Source of the DNA: Candidatus Bathyarchaeia archaeon
Lineage (GTDB): Archaea > Thermoproteota > Bathyarchaeia > Bathyarchaeales > Bathycorpusculaceae
NCBI GenBank assembly: GCA_050010755.1
Contig: JBEKKK010000001.1
Location: 1,120,001-1,184,000 of the forward strand
Reading direction: 5' to 3'
DNA length: 64,000 nucleotides
Numbering within the stretch: the first letter of the stretch is position 1; every line of letters starts with the position of its first letter. Positions 40,392 to 50,919 of the stretch are shown here, piece after piece. The position numbers were made by a program, and so were the translations under genes. The notes under the pieces were generated by a model. It did not search any database. It saw nothing but the letters and a program-made list of their open reading frames with translations, and was not told where the DNA came from.

Positions 40392-40943
40392 ATGAGCAAG
40401 AACGAAGAAAAGGCACCCTCAGAACTCCGCGCCAAGGGTCTGCTAGCAAGAGATGGCGTGAAAGTTCCAGAAAAACGGTTCGTGGACGAGCTTTCCCAAA
40501 GAGGCTACGGCGTGCCTGGAAAGAAGAGTTTTCTCCTCACGTTCTACGAGGCGCTCTACCTCGTGGACAAGGCGATGCTCGAAGTTAAGGATGAGAACGG
40601 CGAAGAAGCCGGTTTTCAGAGACTGCTTCAATGCTACGAAAGTGCAAACGAGAACGCGTGGGCTTCCTACCTGGTCTTCCGCGACCTGAGAAGCAGGGGT
40701 TACGTGGTTCGTGAGGGTTTCGGCCAAGGCGTGGATTTCCGCGTCTACGAGCGCGGGGACTATAGTAAGGACACGGCCAAGTACCTGATAGTGAGTGTTC
40801 AAGAAGGCAAGCCTATTGGAGTTGAAAGCCTTAGCCGCGCGTTGAAGCAGAGCCTCAGCCTCAAGAAAGAACTCATCCTGGCCGTCATGAACCGCAGAGG
40901 AGAAATAGTTTACTACTCCGTCTCAGAACTAAACCTGAAATAA
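40392..40943 (+). CDS. endA: tRNA splicing endonuclease subunit, probably the structural (non-catalytic) subunit
   Basis: YEALYL, VFRDLRSRGYVV, DFRVYERG; catalytic His absent (TAKYL). Confidence 0.85.
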   Translation: MSKNEEKAPSELRAKGLLARDGVKVPEKRFVDELSQRGYGVPGKKSFLLTFYEALYLVDKAMLEVKDENGEEAGFQRLLQCYESANENAWASYLVFRDLRSRGYVVREGFGQGVDFRVYERGDYSKDTAKYLIVSVQEGKPIGVESLSRALKQSLSLKKELILAVMNRRGEIVYYSVSELNLK

Positions 40944-40958
40944 GAGCAGGGAACAGGC

Positions 40959-42260
40959 ATGGCCGAGTTCAAAACCGTCAGAGGCATGAGAGACTTTCTC
41001 CCAGAAGAAGCCAAACTGCTCAGACACGTCGAAGGTAGAGCAAGGGAAGTAGCTAGGCTCCACGGGTACAGGGAGATTGTCACGCCTGTCGTCGAGCCTT
41101 ACGAACTCTTGTCAGCCAAAGCTGGAGAAGAAGTAAAGTCGCGCATGTTCCTCTTCAAGGATCTGGGTGGAAGAGACGTCGCGTTGCGGCCGGAGTTCAC
41201 AGCCTCCGTGGCCAGGCTAGTGGCGACGACCTTGAGAAACGAGCCGAGACCGTTCAGACTCTTCTCCGTTGGAAGCATCTACAGGTACGACGAGCCACAA
41301 CGGGGCCGTTACCGAGAGTTCTGGCAGACGAACTACGAGCTGATGGGTTCAAGCAGGCCGGAAGCGGATGCTGAGATCTTACTCTTGACGAACAGTCTCA
41401 TGAAAGCCGCAGGGTTAGAGAAGTTCGCGTTTAAAATAGGCCACATCGGCATCCTCAAAGGCATACTTACTCAAGAAAAACTCGTTGACAAGGTGCAGAG
41501 TACGGTCATGCAGCTCATGGACAAAAAACAGTACGAAGATGCCCTTAGACTGGTGGAAAGCGCAGGCGTGTCAGAAACGTGCATGCCGACCCTTCGAAAA
41601 ATGATCGACCTCAAGGGCAGTGACGTCCTCGACGTGGTCACCCGAATAGCCGATCTCGTGAAAGACTATGAACAGTCCGTTGAAGCCGCGAAGAACCTGA
41701 GCGAGATCCTTGAGCTTGTTTTGGAAAGCAACGCAGATGTCGATATGACGGTTGATGCAGGTTTCGCTAGGGGGCTTGAGTATTACACGGGGATGATTCT
41801 TGAAGTTTACGTTCCAGATCTTGACATAGCATTAGGCGGCGGCGGAAGATACGACAGGCTGATTGAGCTGTTCGGAGGCGACCCAACTCCTGCAGTAGGC
41901 GTTGCTCACGGAGTAGACAGGATGATGCTGGCGTCGCAGCAACAGAACACGCACCAAAAAACCTTAGGAGAAACAGAGGAAGAAAAGACGGTTCTGGTAA
42001 TTCCAGTCAAGGAGCAGTTGAGAGGCGAAGCCCTGAGAGTTTCCCACATGCTCAGAAATGCTGGAACGTCTGTTGAGCTTGAAGTGATGGGGCGAAAAAT
42101 GACCAAGGCTTTGGAGGATGCAGACAGGAGAAATATAAGTTACGCAGTGATAATCGGCGAGAGAGAACTCGAAGAAAAAAAAGTTGTCGTCCGAAATCTT
42201 CGCAAGAGGGTGCAGAGCACCGTTAAGATTGAAGATGTTTCTGAAGCATTGAAAAGCTAG
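40959..42260 (+). CDS. hisS: Histidine--tRNA ligase
   Basis: VRGMRDF, LRPEFT, YRYDEPQRGRYREF, RGLEYYTG, GGGRYD. Confidence 0.97.
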   Translation: MAEFKTVRGMRDFLPEEAKLLRHVEGRAREVARLHGYREIVTPVVEPYELLSAKAGEEVKSRMFLFKDLGGRDVALRPEFTASVARLVATTLRNEPRPFRLFSVGSIYRYDEPQRGRYREFWQTNYELMGSSRPEADAEILLLTNSLMKAAGLEKFAFKIGHIGILKGILTQEKLVDKVQSTVMQLMDKKQYEDALRLVESAGVSETCMPTLRKMIDLKGSDVLDVVTRIADLVKDYEQSVEAAKNLSEILELVLESNADVDMTVDAGFARGLEYYTGMILEVYVPDLDIALGGGGRYDRLIELFGGDPTPAVGVAHGVDRMMLASQQQNTHQKTLGETEEEKTVLVIPVKEQLRGEALRVSHMLRNAGTSVELEVMGRKMTKALEDADRRNISYAVIIGERELEEKKVVVRNLRKRVQSTVKIEDVSEALKS

Positions 42261-42653
42261 ATCAACCTGTACGGCGATCAATACGCAGCGGTGAATTTTG
42301 AGCAATTGCTCTCGGGGCGGTTCCCTGTTTCTTCGTTGAACCGAATGACGAAAAAAAGGCATCGCACTTTCTGGAATAACTGGCATGAAGAGAAAAAGTT
42401 TCTGAATCAAATTGATCCATGGCCAAATGCCTCAACATAAATGAATGAACCCAGCTTAGTCCATTTTGTCATGGAAACTCTATTGACTGCTGGAGTTGCG
42501 AACAGCGCACGTCAATTGAACTGGTATATCGAAGATCAGACTAAGACTTATCTTCGTTGCAAATGGAATTAAAATCAATCGCATCAACAGTTGGGTCGCA
42601 AGCCATCCGGCTCGCTGAAGAAGAAGTTACAACGTTGTGGATGACGAAAGAGG

Positions 42654-43901
42654 ATGAGGAAAACAGAAACGATAGAGACTCCTACGAGTTTGCGACTAGG
42701 TCAGCTTTTTCGGGGCAACATCGGGGTTATCATCGGCAGCAACATGGTCAATGGCTTCGGAACGGGAATAATTAGCCCATTCCTTTCGCTCTATTTTGTT
42801 AGCATTGGAGGAGATCCTATCAGGTTAGGGCTCATGTCATCGTTGTCGACACTGATACAATGCTTGATACTTTTCATTGGCGGGCGTCTGGCGGACCATT
42901 ATGGAAGGAGAAGGCTAATTGTTATCGCAGCATTCTACGCTATACTCTTCCCAGCATTGTATGCTTTGATTCACGACTGGCGAATATTCTTCTTAACCTC
43001 AGCACTGGGCGCATTCGGGGCAGTTTCAAGCCCAGCCCTTCACGCTACAGTTGCAGATTCTGTCCCTCCTTCAAAACGAACCACCGCCATTTCAGTGCTT
43101 CAAGTCTTCCCTGCTTTTCCAACGGTGTTTTCTCCATTGATCGGAGGTTGGTTTATAGCTGCTTACGGCCTTCAAATCGGTTTCAGGCTAGCATGCGTCT
43201 TCGTTGCGGGAACGACATTGGTCTCTGCTTTAATCATGTTGCTATTCCTGAAAGAAACAATAAGACCTGAAAACGTCCAAGAATCTGCAACTCACAGCAA
43301 TTCGCCGTTGAGCGTCCGCCGCGCACTTTCATCCCAGTCCCTGCACAGCCTAGTCGCACTGCTTTCTGCTTACGGACTCATCGCTTTTGCCAACGCCCTG
43401 GTGAGCAACTACTACATCCTATACGCGAATAGCGTTATCCATATTGATGCGTTCAATTATGGAATCATCATCAGCCTTCAAATCCTCTTCATAACTCTCT
43501 TGAAGATTCCAGGAGGATGGGCAAGTGACAAGTATGGCAAGAAGAAAATCATGATTATATCGATATTAACGTGCATACCCTTTGTGATAGCGTTTACGTT
43601 TTCTCGATTATTCGTCCAAGCTGCGGTCACAATGGTCCTTTTAGCGATTGCAGGAATGTACTATGCACCGGCACATGAAGCCCTGCAAGCTGACCTCGCC
43701 CCCAGGGAAATTAGAGGAAGAGTCACGTCTTTTTGGGACATAGCTGGAGCAGTCGGCGGGGCTATAGGTGCACCTTTGGGCGGCTTCTTCTTTCAGGCGA
43801 TAGGCCCTGCAACACCCTTTTACCTTTTCGCCGTCGTTGAGGCCGCAGCTGCAATTCTGATAATTGTCTGTGTCAGAGAACCGCAAAGAGCAGAAAACTG
43901 A
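42654..43901 (+). CDS. MFS transporter
   Basis: GRLADHYGRR and GWASDKYGKK motif A; 12 TM. Confidence 0.9.
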   Translation: MRKTETIETPTSLRLGQLFRGNIGVIIGSNMVNGFGTGIISPFLSLYFVSIGGDPIRLGLMSSLSTLIQCLILFIGGRLADHYGRRRLIVIAAFYAILFPALYALIHDWRIFFLTSALGAFGAVSSPALHATVADSVPPSKRTTAISVLQVFPAFPTVFSPLIGGWFIAAYGLQIGFRLACVFVAGTTLVSALIMLLFLKETIRPENVQESATHSNSPLSVRRALSSQSLHSLVALLSAYGLIAFANALVSNYYILYANSVIHIDAFNYGIIISLQILFITLLKIPGGWASDKYGKKKIMIISILTCIPFVIAFTFSRLFVQAAVTMVLLAIAGMYYAPAHEALQADLAPREIRGRVTSFWDIAGAVGGAIGAPLGGFFFQAIGPATPFYLFAVVEAAAAILIIVCVREPQRAEN

Positions 43902-43962
43902 AGCATCTAGCAATGATTACATGGGCGAAACGCGAACCTGCAAAAAGTTTGGCACTGGAATG

Positions 43963-44631
43963 TCACGGAGCGCTTTCGGGTTCAGGAACGCTTTCTGCAG
44001 GCGCATTCCCATTCTTGTCGGTTCTCTTGTGTTGTACTTCTGAAACAACAGATTCGACTATGATTAACGCAATAATCAATACAACTATCACGAGTATCGC
44101 AGTAGAATTGCGCATGTCAAGCGCGATGTACCCGAGCCAAGGAATCCGCATCACAACTTTTCCAACTACATTCGCCGCAGGAGTCGGTGAATAAGGACCT
44201 GGTACAGCGTTACCGTCGCCTTGAGTTGTGAAATAGATTTGCCCGCTCACATTGGTTTCGGCAATGGCTCTGTGAACGATGAGTTCGTCACTGTCGGTGG
44301 CATGAAATACTAGTACGTCGCCAGATCTCCCAGTCTGGTTGTAGGGAGCCGTGTAGATATCCTCCGGGTTGACGCCTTCCACGATGATTAAATCACCTGT
44401 GTGCAGTGTCGGTGAGAAGGGACTTGCCCAGCCTGGATCGGGCTGAGAAACGCTCATGCTTCCAGAAGCAACCGCAAGCACTGGATAATTTGTGTTTAAT
44501 TCCCAACGGAGGCCATACCAAAATCCTATCACAATCGCGATTACAACGATAATCGTCAGAATGGTCCGAAAGTACTCGTTTTTCCACAATGACTTGGGTC
44601 CTTGTCCTGCCAATACGTTTTCCTTCCTCAC
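43963..44631 (-). CDS. Signal peptidase I (archaeal Sec11 type)
   Basis: VASGSM, GDLI, IVHRA (Ser-His dyad), TQGDGN. Confidence 0.9.
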   Translation of the reverse strand: MRKENVLAGQGPKSLWKNEYFRTILTIIVVIAIVIGFWYGLRWELNTNYPVLAVASGSMSVSQPDPGWASPFSPTLHTGDLIIVEGVNPEDIYTAPYNQTGRSGDVLVFHATDSDELIVHRAIAETNVSGQIYFTTQGDGNAVPGPYSPTPAANVVGKVVMRIPWLGYIALDMRNSTAILVIVVLIIALIIVESVVSEVQHKRTDKNGNAPAESVPEPESAP

Positions 44632-44863
44632 TCCTTAACTCAAACTGTAGATTAAATCAAAGCAGATCCTTTAAAAGCTAATGGTTTGCAACACTTTATA
44701 GCTCCTTAGCTCTCGCTGAGCGCGCGCAACTGAAGAGGACGTCAAAGAATAGGTGGAACAAGACGATCAATGTGGATGCGGTTGAAAGAACCAGACCATT
44801 TGAAGACTTCATTCAGACTGGGCCAAATGCCGCGTCAGATTTGTCGTGTGGGAGGTGTTTAGT

Positions 44864-45736
44864 ATGAAAGAAGAAAAAGTGAAGAAGATAGTTCGAGAAG
44901 GCTACGCAAAGATCGCTAAGAAAGGGAAAACGTCTGGAGACGCTCCGACTTCCTGCTGCTCTGACATCTTGACTTCTTGTTGTTCCAACACATCCGAAAT
45001 GAGCGAGGAAATCAGCAGGAGAATAGGTTACAGTGACGAAGAAATAGGCTCAGTTCCGCCAGGCGCAAACCTTGGTCTAGGATGTGGAAACCCCGTTGCG
45101 TTAGCTTCCCTGAAAAAAGGAGAAACCGTTCTGGACCTCGGTTCCGGAGGAGGTTTTGACTGTTTTCTGGCAGCCAGCAGAGTCGGCAAGAAAGGCAAAG
45201 TCATCGGCGTCGACATGACCCCTGAAATGCTCGACAAGGCAAGGGAAAACGCCAGAAAAGGCAAATACGGAAACGTGGAGTTCAGGCTCGGAGAAATCGA
45301 GAACTTACCAGTTGCGGACGAAAATGTTGACGTTGTGATCTCAAACTGTGTTATCAACCTTTCACCGAACAAGAAACGTGTGTTCGAAGAAGCGTTCAGA
45401 GTGCTGAAACCGAACGGAAGACTCATGGTCTCAGACATCGTTCTGCTGAAGAAGCTTCCAGAAATAATAAGAAAAAACGTTCAGGCATACATCGGATGCC
45501 TCTCAGGCGCAGAGATGAAGGACAGATACCTCCAAACCATAAGAGAGGCCGGCTTCCAAAAAGTCAAAATCGTCGAGGAAAACTGTTTCCCAGTAGAAAA
45601 CATGGCAAACGATACAACAGCACAGGCAATCATCAAAGATAATGAAATACCCGCTGAAAAACTCGCGAAAATCGCAAACACCGTTGCAAGCGTAAAAGTC
45701 AATGGCCTCAAGCCTGGAAGAAAAAGGACAAAATGA
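44864..45736 (+). CDS. arsM: Arsenite S-adenosylmethyltransferase
   Basis: SCC pairs, LGLGCGNP, LDLGSGGGFD, ISNCVINL, GCLSGA; GGAGGTG RBS. Confidence 0.92.
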   Translation: MKEEKVKKIVREGYAKIAKKGKTSGDAPTSCCSDILTSCCSNTSEMSEEISRRIGYSDEEIGSVPPGANLGLGCGNPVALASLKKGETVLDLGSGGGFDCFLAASRVGKKGKVIGVDMTPEMLDKARENARKGKYGNVEFRLGEIENLPVADENVDVVISNCVINLSPNKKRVFEEAFRVLKPNGRLMVSDIVLLKKLPEIIRKNVQAYIGCLSGAEMKDRYLQTIREAGFQKVKIVEENCFPVENMANDTTAQAIIKDNEIPAEKLAKIANTVASVKVNGLKPGRKRTK

Positions 45737-45768
45737 GCACGGAGCAGAAACTAGCCGTAGCGCGCACT

Positions 45769-46233
45769 CTATCTCTCTCTCCTTAGAAAGTCGCCCACGT
45801 CAAGAATGTTCTTCACAGCCACACCTTTCCTTTTTGCCTCCAGACTGCGAAGGATTTTGCCGAAACCCAAACACTCCTCGTACGAGTTTAGTACCAGCAC
45901 ATAGCCACCCTTTTTCGTCGAGCCCGTCACTTTGGTTATTCCTTCTCCAAACACGTCTCTTCCACAGATGAACAGCCATTCTGCCTTTTTCTCAACGTTT
46001 ATACTGTTTCCCTTTTTCTCTGCGATCATATTCAGCAGGTTGAAGCTTGGAAAAAACTCCCTATCCTTGGCTTCTCCCAAGTACTCTCCAGCATAATAGA
46101 AGTCTTTCGCCATCAGCCGCTTGACGTTCTCATCCAAGAGAAAGTATCGACCTTGCCCTTTCACGATGAAAGTCTCATCCAGCATGATCTTTGTTCCGAA
46201 ACGGCTTACAAAATCGTCTATGGGCTTGATCAT
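45769..46233 (-). CDS. Nip7-like PUA-domain ribosome biogenesis protein
   Basis: AEWLFICGRDV, LGFG, DVGDFLRRER; overlaps the m5C methyltransferase gene. Confidence 0.8.
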   Translation of the reverse strand: MIKPIDDFVSRFGTKIMLDETFIVKGQGRYFLLDENVKRLMAKDFYYAGEYLGEAKDREFFPSFNLLNMIAEKKGNSINVEKKAEWLFICGRDVFGEGITKVTGSTKKGGYVLVLNSYEECLGFGKILRSLEAKRKGVAVKNILDVGDFLRRER

Positions 46234-47120
46234 ACGTTCTCCCGCCGTTTCAGCTTACACACGAAGAACCCCTGGGTTCGCCCTGGCCAAATTCGCTTGC
46301 ATTCGGCAATAGAGCCATCGAGACTTTTCCCCAAAACATTCGTCAGGGCCCTCTGCCCATAACAGCTGATTCTTTCCACTCGAAGGCCAAGGTTTCTTAT
46401 GGCCCAATCGATATTTAACTCGTCCTCTTCCGGCTCCAAGGAACAGGTCGAATAAACTATTTCACCGTCGTCTCCTAGAACTTTTACGGTTTGAGCCAGT
46501 ATTTCTCTTTGAAGCGAAGCGTTTCTCTCCACGTCTTCCATCGTTCTTCTGTTGAACCAGTTTTTGTCTGTCGCGAAATTGCCCGAGCAGGGCAAGTCGA
46601 GAAGTATACGGTCAAACCTCACTTTCAGCTGGGATACTTGCCGCGCGTCTAAGAGGTAAACTACGGTGTTCTTGACGTGGCAACGTTCCAACTGGTTTGC
46701 CAACGCAGTGAGTCTCTGTCTTCCGATGTCCAGGGCGACTATTGCGCCTGTGTTGTGCATTGAATCGGCCAGTTGAACGGTTTTTCCTCCAGGGGCTGCG
46801 CAGGCGTCCAGCACTGTTTTATTTCCTGATTTTGCGAAAAGGGTGACGGGTATTTGGGCTGCCGCTTCTTGGATTGAGTACAAGCCTAGAAGATATTCCG
46901 ATGTGGCTCCGACCGAGAACTTTGATTCACAAACCCAGTAGCCTTGGTCGAGGGAGGAGACTCTTTCAAGCTCCATTCCAATCGAATGTAGCCGCTGCAA
47001 GAGAGCCTCTGTTTTCTCCACGTTCATAGTGTTTATTCTTATTGCTTGTCTGGGCGCAACGTCTCTGTATTTCCAGCCCAATTCTCGGTAGCGATCTGTG
47101 AAGAATTCCTTATTTGTCAT
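46230..47120 (-). CDS. RsmB/NOL1/Nop2-family RNA m5C methyltransferase
   Basis: IQEAA, LDACAAPGGKT, DLPCSG, YSTCS. Confidence 0.92.
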   Translation of the reverse strand: MTNKEFFTDRYRELGWKYRDVAPRQAIRINTMNVEKTEALLQRLHSIGMELERVSSLDQGYWVCESKFSVGATSEYLLGLYSIQEAAAQIPVTLFAKSGNKTVLDACAAPGGKTVQLADSMHNTGAIVALDIGRQRLTALANQLERCHVKNTVVYLLDARQVSQLKVRFDRILLDLPCSGNFATDKNWFNRRTMEDVERNASLQREILAQTVKVLGDDGEIVYSTCSLEPEEDELNIDWAIRNLGLRVERISCYGQRALTNVLGKSLDGSIAECKRIWPGRTQGFFVCKLKRRENV

Positions 47121-47353
47121 CGAGGATAGTCTGCCAACTGTTCATAAAAGGTTGGTGTTTATGCCTTAATTTGAAGTTCTACTTCGTCAATCTTCTCGTG
47201 AACCATTTCCTGATTTCTTCAACGAAGGCCGCGCCTATCTGTCGTCAAGAAAGACTAGCTCTTACATTTAGATCAATCGGACAATCGGAGACTGTTCTGT
47301 TTTGACAAATCTTAAATGTTTAGGTGGCTTATTTTGGTCGAAGGGTGGGATGA

Positions 47354-47815
47354 ATGAGTGTCAAACAGGCTTTTGTGATGATGGTTCAGAAAAGATGGTG
47401 GACTGAATTTTGTCGTCGCAATCGTGAGGGAAAGAAAATCCATTCATTCGTGCTCAGGGGAATAGCCCCGCCCAAAGATGCTTCGAAGGTTCTATTCTAC
47501 GTGACTAAACCAGTCGGTGAAATTTCAGGCTACGCCGACTTCATTGAACGAAAAGTTGGGGACGCTGACAGACTGTGGAAAGAACACGGCGATGAGTCGG
47601 TTTTGAGCTCAAAGGAGAAATATGATGATTTCGTGAAGGATTCGCAGAGAGTGTCTTTCGTCAGGTTCAAAGATCTGCACGAGGCAGCCAAAACCATCCC
47701 ACTTAATGATGTTCTGATGTCTATTGGAGTCAGAAGACTGGGCAGGAAAGGTTTCTACATCATGAAGGAAATCGAAGACGAGTTCGTTGCTTCGATGAAT
47801 GAAAGAGCCCTATAG
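47354..47815 (+). CDS. PUA-superfamily (EVE/ASCH-like) protein
   Basis: VLFYVTKPVGEISGYA...LWKEHG pattern. Confidence 0.6.
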   Translation: MSVKQAFVMMVQKRWWTEFCRRNREGKKIHSFVLRGIAPPKDASKVLFYVTKPVGEISGYADFIERKVGDADRLWKEHGDESVLSSKEKYDDFVKDSQRVSFVRFKDLHEAAKTIPLNDVLMSIGVRRLGRKGFYIMKEIEDEFVASMNERAL

Positions 47816-47993
47816 GACAACCGAATCCGTTTCCAACGGCATTAATGAAATGATTGACACAAAGTTAATAGGTCACTTTTTTTACATCCATGTAGCTCAT
47901 CTTTAGGCAGTGGAAACCTAGAATGTTCACAATGTCAAGGATAACTCCTTTGCAGCTATTCGAGTATTTCGTTATCGCATGGAAGGTTTGATT

Positions 47994-50210
47994 ATGGTAC
48001 GATACAGGCAAGTTGAAGAAATTCAGAAGTTGATGAATTATCGTGAAATGATAAGGAACACGAGCATCATCGCTCATGTTGATCACGGCAAGACGACGCT
48101 TTCAGACAGCCTCTTGTCCGCAGCTGGAATAATCAGTGAGCAGAGGGCAGGACAACAGCTTGCGCTTGACTCTTGGGAGCTTGAACAGAAGAGACAGATG
48201 ACGGTTTTTGCATCCAACATCAGCTTGGCTCACACCTTCAAGGGAAAGGATTATCTGATAAACCTCATCGACACGCCCGGGCACATTGATTTTAGCGGCG
48301 CAGTCACGAGAAGTCTCCGAGCTGTGGATGGGGCCCTTGTGGTGGTTGACGCGGTGGAGGGCCCAATGACCCAAACTGAAACCGTCTTGATGCAGGCTCT
48401 GCGCGAAAGAGTGAAGCCGATTCTCTTCATAAATAAGGTTGACAGGCTCATAAAAGAAATAAAACTAACGCCGGATGATATTCAGAAGAAATTTGCAAAA
48501 ATCATTATGAGGGTCAACACTCTCATCGAGAAATACGCGCCGCCTGAACACAAGAAAGATTGGCAGGTTAAAGTTGAAGACGGCGCCGTCGCCTTCGGTT
48601 CAGCCCTCCACAAATGGGGCCTAAACCTGCCGCACATGAAGGCGAAAGGCGTAACTTTCGTGGAAATCATCGATGCGTACACTGGAGAGCACGATGACGT
48701 TAACAGAAAGGTTGATGCCCTGAGCAAGAAGGCTCCAGTGCAAGATCCCATCTTGGACATGTTCATTGAACACTTGCCTAACCCTATAGAGGCTCAGCCC
48801 TACAGACAGGGTCAGATATGGCCTGGCGACGCCGATGGCCCCGTGGGCAAGGGGATGGCCAATGTTGACCCCAAAGGTCCGCTTCTGATGTGTGTGTCGA
48901 CGATTGAGGTTGACCCTCATAGTGGAGTTGTGGCCATCGGACGTGTCTTCAGCGGCACAGTGGAAAAAGGAAAGCTCGTTCAACTCATCACGAGCCATCA
49001 GAAAGGCACGATTCAACAGGTTTACATGAGCATGGCCGCTGACCGGGTTATAATCGACAGAGTTCCCGCGGGCAACATCGCAGCCCTCTCAGGTTTGCCC
49101 TCCATCCACGTCGGCGAGACTGTTGCAGAGGACGGTGTGGAGACGCAAGCGTTTGAAGGGTTGAAGTACGTTTCAGACCCTGTAGTAACGGTTGCCGTCG
49201 AACCTGCCGACGTTAAGGATTTACCGCTTTTCGACAAGGTCATACACAAATTGACGACTGAAGACCCGAACCTGCACTTTCTGATAAACAAGGAAAGCGG
49301 AGAATATCTGCTCAGCGGCATGGGAGAACTCCACTTGGAAATCACAGCCTATCGCATGCAGGAAGCCAACCTGAAAGTGAAGATTAGCAAGCCGATCGTA
49401 ATCTACCGCGAGACTATTAGCCATGACTACCAGGGCCCGCCGATAATGGGCAAGAGCCCGAACAAGCACAACAAGCTTTGGATTACGATGGAGAAGCTGC
49501 CCGACGAAGTTGTTGAAGCAATCAAGCTTGGAAAACTCACTGAAATGCAGACACGCGACGAAAGGCAAAAAACTCTGAAAGGATTCGGATGGTCGACAGA
49601 TGACGCTCGCAACGCCGTCGCGATCGAAGGCAACAACATTCTTGTCAACAGGATCAAGGGAAGACAGTACGTTGAAGAAATAATGGACCATATAAAATCG
49701 GGTTTCAGAGAAGCAGTGTTCACGTCTGTCTTGGCAAAGGAACCCGCTTTCGGGTTGAAAGTGAACCTGGAAGATGTGACGGTTCACGAAGACCCGGTTC
49801 ACCGCGGTCCAGCCCAGATCCTGCCAATGACTTGGCGTCCAATATGGTGCTCTTTTCTCCTGAGCGATCCCAGGCTCCTAGAGCCGCTCATAAGCCTTGA
49901 ATGCAAGGTTCCAAACCAGTTCGTAAGCAGCGTCATAGCCATAGTTCAGAAGCGCCGGGGCAAAATCTTGGACATGACAAATGAGGAAGATATGATAATC
50001 GTCAAGGCAGAAATGCCAGTGTCCGAGTCGTTCGGCCTAGCCGAAGAACTTCGTTCCTCAACCGAGGGCAGAGCCTTCTGGGCTACGCAGTTCAGCCGCT
50101 GGGCACCGGTTCCAGAGCAAATGAAAGATGAAATAATAAAGCAGATACGCGAACGCAGAGGCTTATCACCGACACCTCCGAGAGCTGAAGAATTCTTCGA
50201 GGAAGCATAG
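47994..50210 (+). CDS. fusA: Translation elongation factor aEF-2 (or paralog)
   Basis: AHVDHGKTT, DTPGH, NKVD, GMGELHL, HEDPVHRG diphthamide loop. Confidence 0.95.
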   Translation: MVRYRQVEEIQKLMNYREMIRNTSIIAHVDHGKTTLSDSLLSAAGIISEQRAGQQLALDSWELEQKRQMTVFASNISLAHTFKGKDYLINLIDTPGHIDFSGAVTRSLRAVDGALVVVDAVEGPMTQTETVLMQALRERVKPILFINKVDRLIKEIKLTPDDIQKKFAKIIMRVNTLIEKYAPPEHKKDWQVKVEDGAVAFGSALHKWGLNLPHMKAKGVTFVEIIDAYTGEHDDVNRKVDALSKKAPVQDPILDMFIEHLPNPIEAQPYRQGQIWPGDADGPVGKGMANVDPKGPLLMCVSTIEVDPHSGVVAIGRVFSGTVEKGKLVQLITSHQKGTIQQVYMSMAADRVIIDRVPAGNIAALSGLPSIHVGETVAEDGVETQAFEGLKYVSDPVVTVAVEPADVKDLPLFDKVIHKLTTEDPNLHFLINKESGEYLLSGMGELHLEITAYRMQEANLKVKISKPIVIYRETISHDYQGPPIMGKSPNKHNKLWITMEKLPDEVVEAIKLGKLTEMQTRDERQKTLKGFGWSTDDARNAVAIEGNNILVNRIKGRQYVEEIMDHIKSGFREAVFTSVLAKEPAFGLKVNLEDVTVHEDPVHRGPAQILPMTWRPIWCSFLLSDPRLLEPLISLECKVPNQFVSSVIAIVQKRRGKILDMTNEEDMIIVKAEMPVSESFGLAEELRSSTEGRAFWATQFSRWAPVPEQMKDEIIKQIRERRGLSPTPPRAEEFFEEA

Positions 50211-50237
50211 AACAAAGGAAAGTCGATCGTTTTCAGA

Positions 50238-50265
50238 CTTTCTTTTCCCTTCTTTCTGCAATTTT
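50238..50265 (+). terminator. T-rich terminator after EF-2
   Basis: TTTCTTTTCCCTTCTTTCT pyrimidine run after the stop codon. Confidence 0.45.
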
Positions 50266-50313
50266 CAGCAAGCTTTATTGATTTTGAGAGTTATAAGACT
50301 CTAATGAATTGTC

Positions 50314-50907
50314 ATGATACTTGGTATTTGCGGAAGTCCTAGAAAACAGGCGACTGAACACGTTTTGACAGAAGCCTTGAACACGTTGAGATTAATGGGT
50401 TTTGATACAGAGCTATTCACAGTCAGAGGCAAGAACATAGGATTCTGCCAACACTGCGATTACTGTTTAAGGAATAAAACGTGCAAGTTGAAAGATGACA
50501 TGTACGAGCTCTACCCATTACTCAGAAAAGCTGACGGACTTGTAATTGCCACGCCCGTTTACAACGGCGGAGTAAGTGCCCAAACGAAAACTGTCATGGA
50601 CAGATGCAGGGCCTTGTTTGCCGAAGACAAGAACGTGCTAAAATACAAGGCTGGCATGGCCATCGCAGTCGGGGGAGACAGAGCAGGAGGACAGGAACTG
50701 GCAATCCAACAAATCATAACCTTCTACGTTCTGAACGGTGCCATTCCCGTAAGCGGCGGTCCTTTCGGAGCAAATTTGGGGGCAACTTTCTGGTCCAAGG
50801 ACACTCTTAAAGATGTTAAAGAGGACAAAGAGGGATTCAAGACTCTGAAAAAGACTGTGAATAGATTCGCTGACCTTGTGAAACAGAGTGAAATCAAGAG
50901 AGCTTAA
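50314..50907 (+). CDS. Iron-sulfur flavoprotein (Isf/flavodoxin family)
   Basis: GSPRK, CQHCDYC-x5-C, TPVY, GGDRAGGQE. Confidence 0.9.
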   Translation: MILGICGSPRKQATEHVLTEALNTLRLMGFDTELFTVRGKNIGFCQHCDYCLRNKTCKLKDDMYELYPLLRKADGLVIATPVYNGGVSAQTKTVMDRCRALFAEDKNVLKYKAGMAIAVGGDRAGGQELAIQQIITFYVLNGAIPVSGGPFGANLGATFWSKDTLKDVKEDKEGFKTLKKTVNRFADLVKQSEIKRA

Positions 50908-50919
50908 AATGGTGGGACT

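Noticed and set aside
47900-47920. CAGTGGAAAC resembling an ORB core
   Set aside because: Single partial match with no G-string and no cdc6/orc1 gene in the window.
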